A DNA stretch of 25,717 bases from Coniocarpon cinnabarinum (lineage: Eukaryota): contig JAVECO010000033.1 in the NCBI GenBank assembly GCA_051942205.1, forward strand, positions 124,001 through 149,717. The letters are read 5' to 3'. The stretch's first letter is position 1. The number at the start of each line of letters is the position of its first letter. Below are positions 20,479 to 25,717 of this stretch, in pieces. The notes below the pieces were generated by a model. The model saw only the letters and a program-made list of their open reading frames with translations. It was not told the DNA's origin and made no database searches. The position numbers and the translations under genes are program-made.

Positions 20479-21557
20479 ATGGACCCGTTCGCGACCGCAG
20501 TGGACGCCGAAGCCCAAACCGCCTCCAAACTCGAAGCCGCTAATCACTTACTCCAGGAGTTCTTCTGCGACGCCAAGTTGCGACTGGACACGTTCAACGA
20601 GCTGCGACAAGTGGGCGTCACGCCCAGCTGCACCCACCTCGAGCGATGCGTCCACCTCGGCGGCGCCGTCAATCTTTTCGAAAACCTCGACCGCCTCCGC
20701 CTGAAACTGCGCGACGTCGACAAGCTCCTCAGCGACTTTCAGCAGGACGCGGCCGCGCTGCCGCTCTTGGCTTATGTGGCTGGACATACGGAGCCCAACG
20801 CTGACAGTCTGACTCCTTCCGCCAGGCCTGATGTGCAGGGGACCCGCCGCTCTCGGATCGAGGTGACCAGACACCCCAGAGTTGGGGAATTGCCAAGTAG
20901 TGAGATGGCGAGAATGTCGATGGAGGACGCCGCTCGCTTCCCAACTCTGCCGTACCTCGATCCGAGAGACGGCACGGTCCTGGTCCCCCTGGTAAGTCGC
21001 GTCAACTTCACTCTCGTCTGCTACTCACCCACTGACTTTGTGCTCAGTCACAGGACCTGGCGGATTCAATAACAGCAGCAGAAGAACAACTAGCAGGACA
21101 AGAAGAACCGACGAACCCCGTCCCAGCGGAGGGAATGTCAATAATGGCTGGTTCGACAAGCCACATGCCGGCAGACAACACACACACGCGGCAGGGAAGA
21201 GCGGACGAGCTCGTCAGCCCGTCAAGCCAAGATTCGATGACTCTTCCCCACGACCCGTCGCGTCCAACGCCGCGCACCCAAGAACCAGCCACCCTCCGCA
21301 ACTCAACCCCCCTCACCGCCGGTAGCCAGGCCGAATGCACCACCGTCAGAGGTGGTGTTCGGCCGACAAGCCAAGCCTGCCCAGAGGCGCCCCGCCAGCG
21401 TCCAGCCTTCTCACCACCCGGCCCCGAAGCGCCGGCACCAGTGCAATTCTCCCGTCCGCCGGGCATTCACCTCGCAGCGGAACGGCCGTCGCCGTGGAAC
21501 GTCCAGCCTAGACCAACGGGCGACGTGGAGAAGAACTGGGGTGGGAAGGGGCGGTGA
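20479..21557 (+). CDS. Hypothetical (orphan) protein, ~340 aa; exons 20479-20991 and 21048 (or 21054)-21557
   Basis: CACCATGG start context after a pyrimidine-rich upstream tract. A consensus intron (GTAAGT at 20992, ACTGAC at 21031, CAG at 21047 or 21053) joins ORF 20479 in frame to the ORF 21135 frame with no stop. No family recognised. Confidence 0.6.
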
Positions 21558-21926
21558 AGGAGGAGGTTGAGGGGACAAGGGGGAGTCGGATTTTTTCTTC
21601 ACGCCATTTTCGCCACACCGCACAATGACGAAGCATTTTCAAGGCTATGCATTTTTCGTTTGTTTGGGGCACTGCGGATGGAATGGCGTTTAACTGGATT
21701 CTGGATTCATCTGGGCGTCAGAAATTGGCAATTTCTGAATCGTCAAGATGTGATACCTGCAGGCCGATAAAAATCAGAGACATCAGCATCAATGCGTCAG
21801 CGAACTCTAAAGTCATCTCGAACATGGCTGCACTCACATCATGAGAATCATGGCCACGAAGAAGCGGTTCTTTGCAGAAAACCCAGCTCTCACAATCCAC
21901 CTCTAATCAACTGCATCATCGATTAT

Positions 21927-21948
21927 CGATCATCCATCCATCCATCCA
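21927..21948. repeat. Short (CATC)n / (ATCC)n microsatellite
   Basis: gatcatccatccatccatcca, within a CAATCATC-rich stretch. Confidence 0.6.
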
Positions 21949-23530
21949 CCAACCATTAACCTTTTATCGTTCACACACTCGGAACACAAGGCAGTGCACA
22001 GACACAATCATCAATCATCGATCATCAACCAAGCAAACGGAATTCTTTTCTTTACCCGTCTCTTAATCTATCAATCAATCACTCGGCGGATCAGAACAGC
22101 AATAGGAACGAGAAATGACATCAGATATTCAAGTGAGTACAGCCGACCACAGCAATTTCTTGCTCTGGGCATCAGCGACGGGGTTTTTACTGGATTTTCA
22201 GACGGTTTCATGGGATCATTATACGGCGTTCAGGGATTCACGAGCGATGACGGGACTTCAGTCAATCACGACTCACAGATAACGACTCACGATTAACGAC
22301 TTATGTTTGTACTGACACAGCATTGGGATAACGGGATATGTTCACACGGGATCAAGGTATTCATGGGTATGCAAGGGGCGTTCTCATTTGGATTATCGCG
22401 ACATCGTTGCGGCGGGGCATCACGAAATCATCCGACTTAGCTTCGAAACATTTTCTGGATAGCGGAGGATGGCGCAAAGGTCGGAATGAAGAGGATGAGG
22501 AAGAGGTGAAGGAGGTAAGGGAGACTCGGTGCTTGATGAAGGAAACATGCATGGGCAAGCATACCAATACTGAGAAACGCCTAGCTTGCATCTAAGGAAG
22601 TCTTTGATCTCCGATCTTCTGCTTTTGACTTCAGTCGATGATATTCGTCAAGCACCGCTCTTGGTGTTCAATGTCGTCTGAGGTGAAGTGAACTCAGACT
22701 GAATAAGCCTAGTGCCATGCAAGCAACAAACCCATGAGCGCTCGGCGACGTTAGCCAGTCCGCAGAGTCAACTTACGGCATCCAGGCATAGTTCAGCGCG
22801 TAGGTGTGGGACATCAATCACCTATTCCACAGGAATATCAGTCCTTTGTTCTGGCGACCTTTTGCGCTAAAGTGTGCCCGAGCACTCATATGCATGAACG
22901 ACTATGCCGAGTCTTTCTCTGGAGATGGTGTCTGCGGCACTCTGCACACTTGCCGATTTTATCTATCAAGCATTGCAGAGATAGCATCTTTCGATACGAT
23001 ATTGCGCACAGAAGTTCGAGAGGAAGGTGGCGAGCGATGTGTGGAGCTAAAACGGAGAAGGGTTCACGAGGAGGTATCAAACTTACATTCACCCAATTAG
23101 TCGCAGCAGTCGGTCCTTCTTCTACTGCTTCTTTGCCCGTCTCCATGTTCACGTCTCTGGTCAATGGGAGCTTGGAGTCCAATTCTTGAGGTAAGCCCTG
23201 AGTATAATCGCTGTGTCGTTGTCTGAGGGGACGGTCCATCTGGTGCGCTCTTTACCATTTCGTCCGGGTCAGGGAGCAGAATCCTTAAGTCCAGCAATGT
23301 TGCTCATGAATCCAAGAGTATGAATCTCGATACCAAGTATCGTCCCGGGTTCGGTGACTTTGAGCCTCGGACGTTACAGCCTTCTCTCTTCGCCGGCGAT
23401 TTGTTGGTCTCGGCCATTCGACTGCATGAGGATGCTTGCGTGAATGACCCGTCGGTCTACCAGAATCTCGCGAACTTGTTGGCTAGTACTATTCATATGG
23501 TCTTTCTCTCCCTTACCAGACAGAAAACCC

Positions 23531-24814
23531 TCACACATTTCCGGGCTTCTCATCCGTGTCAATATGCCAAATGACGTAATTCGGTAAGCCAAATACACCG
23601 TAGCCCGCTCTCTTCGCCATCTTTGCAAATCCTTCCGTTTCTGCCTGGTTCTCGAACGCATATGCCGGAAAATTGACACCGCTTCTGTGTACGTCCGCCT
23701 TGACCATGATACTCACACCGCCAATACCGTCGAGCTCCATTTCTTCGTCTTGATCGAGTGTGTAGTTTCCCATCTTGCACATGTAGGTGCGCTTCGTTTC
23801 AAATTCGCGGTAACCTTCAGCAATAACAACGTCTTTCGGAAGCGACTCTGCAAGTCTTAGGGCATGTGTGGATTCAACCCACGAGTTGTAGTCGAAGCGA
23901 CCCTCGATATCATAATCTGTCTTTGTGCCATCAGGGAGGTACCAGCGGTGGAACCAAACGTTCGGCACAATCACGTCGCGGTCATGCGCAATTAAGTCTT
24001 CGATGATCGTCGCGGGTGCTTCTTGAATATCTAAATCTCGCCAGTATACCCACGAGTGCTCCGGTTTCAGCGCTGACGCGAGGAGGTAGTTCCGCACGCG
24101 CCCGAGCATCTTGCGACGTGGAGCTTGCGCAGCGTAGCCATGGCGGGATGCAACGTCTTGTGGTAGCATGGAGCCAAAGTCGCGCTCAATGATCAAGGCG
24201 CTGCGGAAAGCGACTTTATCGTCTCCTTGTAATCGATCCAACTCTTTTGCTAGTATAGCTCTAGTTTCGTCGCTGCTGTCGCCGACCAGAAAACCGAGAT
24301 CGATGAGCTCGTGCGGATATGTGAGTTCACGGAGGAGTTCGAAGTAGTGGTGGAAGTAATAAGAGGCGTCTTTCAGGGGTGTGAGGAGGAGGACGCGTTC
24401 GCCGCGTTCGACGGCTTGAGGAGTGGAACGCAGAGGGTTCAGGTCGACACGGCGAATGCTATGGGAAGCCACCTCAACAGGCTCATGGTTGTTTATTAAT
24501 ATCGGAGATTGGAGATGCGCGTGCCAGCGCGCAGACTCGGCAGGATTCATATCAAACGGAGAGGTTGCAGGCCCCCAGCAAGTGTATCTGAATACGTTTC
24601 AGCTATTGCCCTTTTCTGTGTTGTGTCCAAGTATTCGTAGTTCTTCATACCTTTCCGGCTTCGTACCACCAAACAGGAGCCATAGCACAAATATTAGCCA
24701 AACCAATGCGGCTAGCACAGTTCTCGGTCGATTGAAAAACAGCTGTATTCGCTCCCATGGTGGTAGCCTGGCACGGGCGTTTCGCAAGGTAGCTGTGCTT
24801 CGCGGTAAAAGCAT
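23531..24814 (-). CDS. Golgi mannan polymerase subunit, Anp1/Van1/Mnn9 family alpha-1,6-mannosyltransferase (GT62); exons 24814-24651, 24587-23531; ~406 aa
   Basis: N-terminal TM (VLAALVWLIFVLWLLF), ERVLLLTPL, YPHELIDLGFLV, WVYWRDLD (DxD motif), YNSWVES, LDGIGG, ETEGFAKMAKRAGY..GLPNYVIWH. A 63-nt intron at 24650-24588 (GTATGA...CAG) joins the 71-aa and 339-aa ORFs. Confidence 0.92.
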
Positions 24815-25247
24815 TTCAGCCCGTGACGGGCGCTCACCGTGGGTGGTGAGCGAGGAGGTACGGCGCCGAATTGTGACGGAGGTTGCGGTAAATGATGTAT
24901 GAAAGTGTCTCTACGCTGGTTTGTTGCATTTGGGAAAAGCCATGGGAGAGTATGGCACACTGGAGCATCAATGCGGATACATCAAAGCGTTTCGTCGCAA
25001 CAGAGTGCTCAAGTAGACCTCAATATAGGAGCATTGCATTAGACTAGGACATGGAGTAGCCAGGGGTCAATCAGAGTTTGAAAATGAACCTAGAAACGGC
25101 GCAAGGGAGATGAAGTTGACAAGAGCTCAAACATCTGCAGTGAACAACTTTCCATGGCATAAAGCATCGCTATCACAAACGAGCGCATACTGCCGGAAAT
25201 GTTTGTTACTTTCCTAAGAGACATTTCCGGTTGGTGTTAAGAGCCGT

Positions 25248-25717
25248 TGTTGGAAAATTCGGTGGTTATGGGTTATATAACATAATTACTGTATCTAGAA
25301 GGTAATAAAGCACCCTCTATCCTTAGAGGTCCTTAAACTTTTTACTCCTAATAGATAGTAAACTAATTAATAAGAATTACTATATTTTTATTTAAATAGT
25401 TATAAGCCTAGAGTTATATTTATAGTATATTAATAACTTTTAGTAATATTAATATATAATAACTTATAAGAATAATTACTTAATAAAGCTTTTTATTTAA
25501 GTATTACTATTTATAAGACTAAAAAATAATAAAATAGTAACTATAATCTTTTTAAAGTTATAAGCTATAGTAGAACCTTAATTTTTTAGTAGGTAGTAAT
25601 ATTAATAGTAAAAAAGTAAAAAATAGGTAAAAAAAAAATTTAACTAATTAAAAGGTTAAACCTAATAACTACTAAATTTAATATTATTTTATTAAATTTT
25701 TTTTATAAATAAATAAT
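25248..25717 (+). mobile_element. RIP-degraded AT-rich repeat, probably the 5' LTR, PBS and start of the internal region of a Ty1/copia retrotransposon (truncated by the window)
   Basis: Abrupt switch to very AT-rich, TpA-rich sequence almost free of CpA/TpG. The repeat starts TGTTGG at 25248. TAGTTATAAGCCTAG at 25397-25411 equals TGGTTATGAGCCCAG with three RIP-type transitions. Confidence 0.7.

Noticed and set aside
22345..22390. Minus-strand TGAGAA...ATACCC..TGAA..CTTGATC, faintly like a TPP riboswitch
   Set aside because: Spacing is wrong, the P5/3' elements are missing, and no thiamine gene is nearby.
24599..24601. In-frame TGA between the 71-aa and 339-aa ORFs, suggesting readthrough, selenocysteine or a pseudogene
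   Set aside because: The stop lies inside a 63-nt GT-AG intron (24650-24588); splicing restores a normal GT62 protein.
196..24960. Numerous 60-160 aa ORFs antisense to or overlapping the called genes or in intergenic DNA
   Set aside because: No recognisable motifs; these are expected shadow ORFs in sequence of roughly balanced GC content.
25251..25265. GGAAAATTCGGTGG resembles the RNase P RNA CR-I motif
   Set aside because: The downstream sequence is AT-rich degraded repeat with no other conserved regions; it is better explained as an LTR start.
1..25717. Prokaryotic-style systems (CRISPR, operons, defence islands), MAT locus, secondary-metabolite cluster, telomerase RNA template
   Set aside because: The DNA is intron-containing and fungal. 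I found no repeat-spacer array, HMG/alpha-box, PKS/NRPS gene or TAACCCTAA template.

Overview
Genomic DNA from a filamentous ascomycete (Pezizomycotina-type: short GT-AG introns with RCTRAC branch points, and an apparently RIP-mutated repeat). Most genes are split by introns, so the ORF track fragments them; I rebuilt the exon structures by hand. From left to right: the 5' end of a probable porphobilinogen synthase (HEM2, -); a CHY/RING E3 ligase of the Pirh2/RCHY1 family (-); a FlbA/Sst2-type RGS protein (-) whose 20-codon first exon is followed by a 954-nt intron and preceded by ~3.8 kb without a recognisable gene; a PaaI/hot-dog thioesterase ending in a PTS1 (+); ALG10/DIE2 (-); RPL31 (+); CHK1 (-); a DUF3405 membrane protein (+); an unrecognised two-exon orphan gene (+); a poorly explained 21.6-23.4 kb interval with splice-like signals; an Anp1/Van1 GT62 mannosyltransferase (-); and the start of an AT-rich, probably copia-type LTR retrotransposon relic at the right end. 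This is mostly housekeeping DNA and I see no clear new multi-gene system. The best leads are the repeated W-x-x-D-P-R-x-W and MP motifs in the RCHY1 tail, the stop/start-overlapping uORF of that gene, the flbA architecture, a DUF3405 copy with apparently eroded motifs, the orphan gene, and the decodable PBS of the RIP'd element. All family assignments come from recalled motifs; no database search was run.
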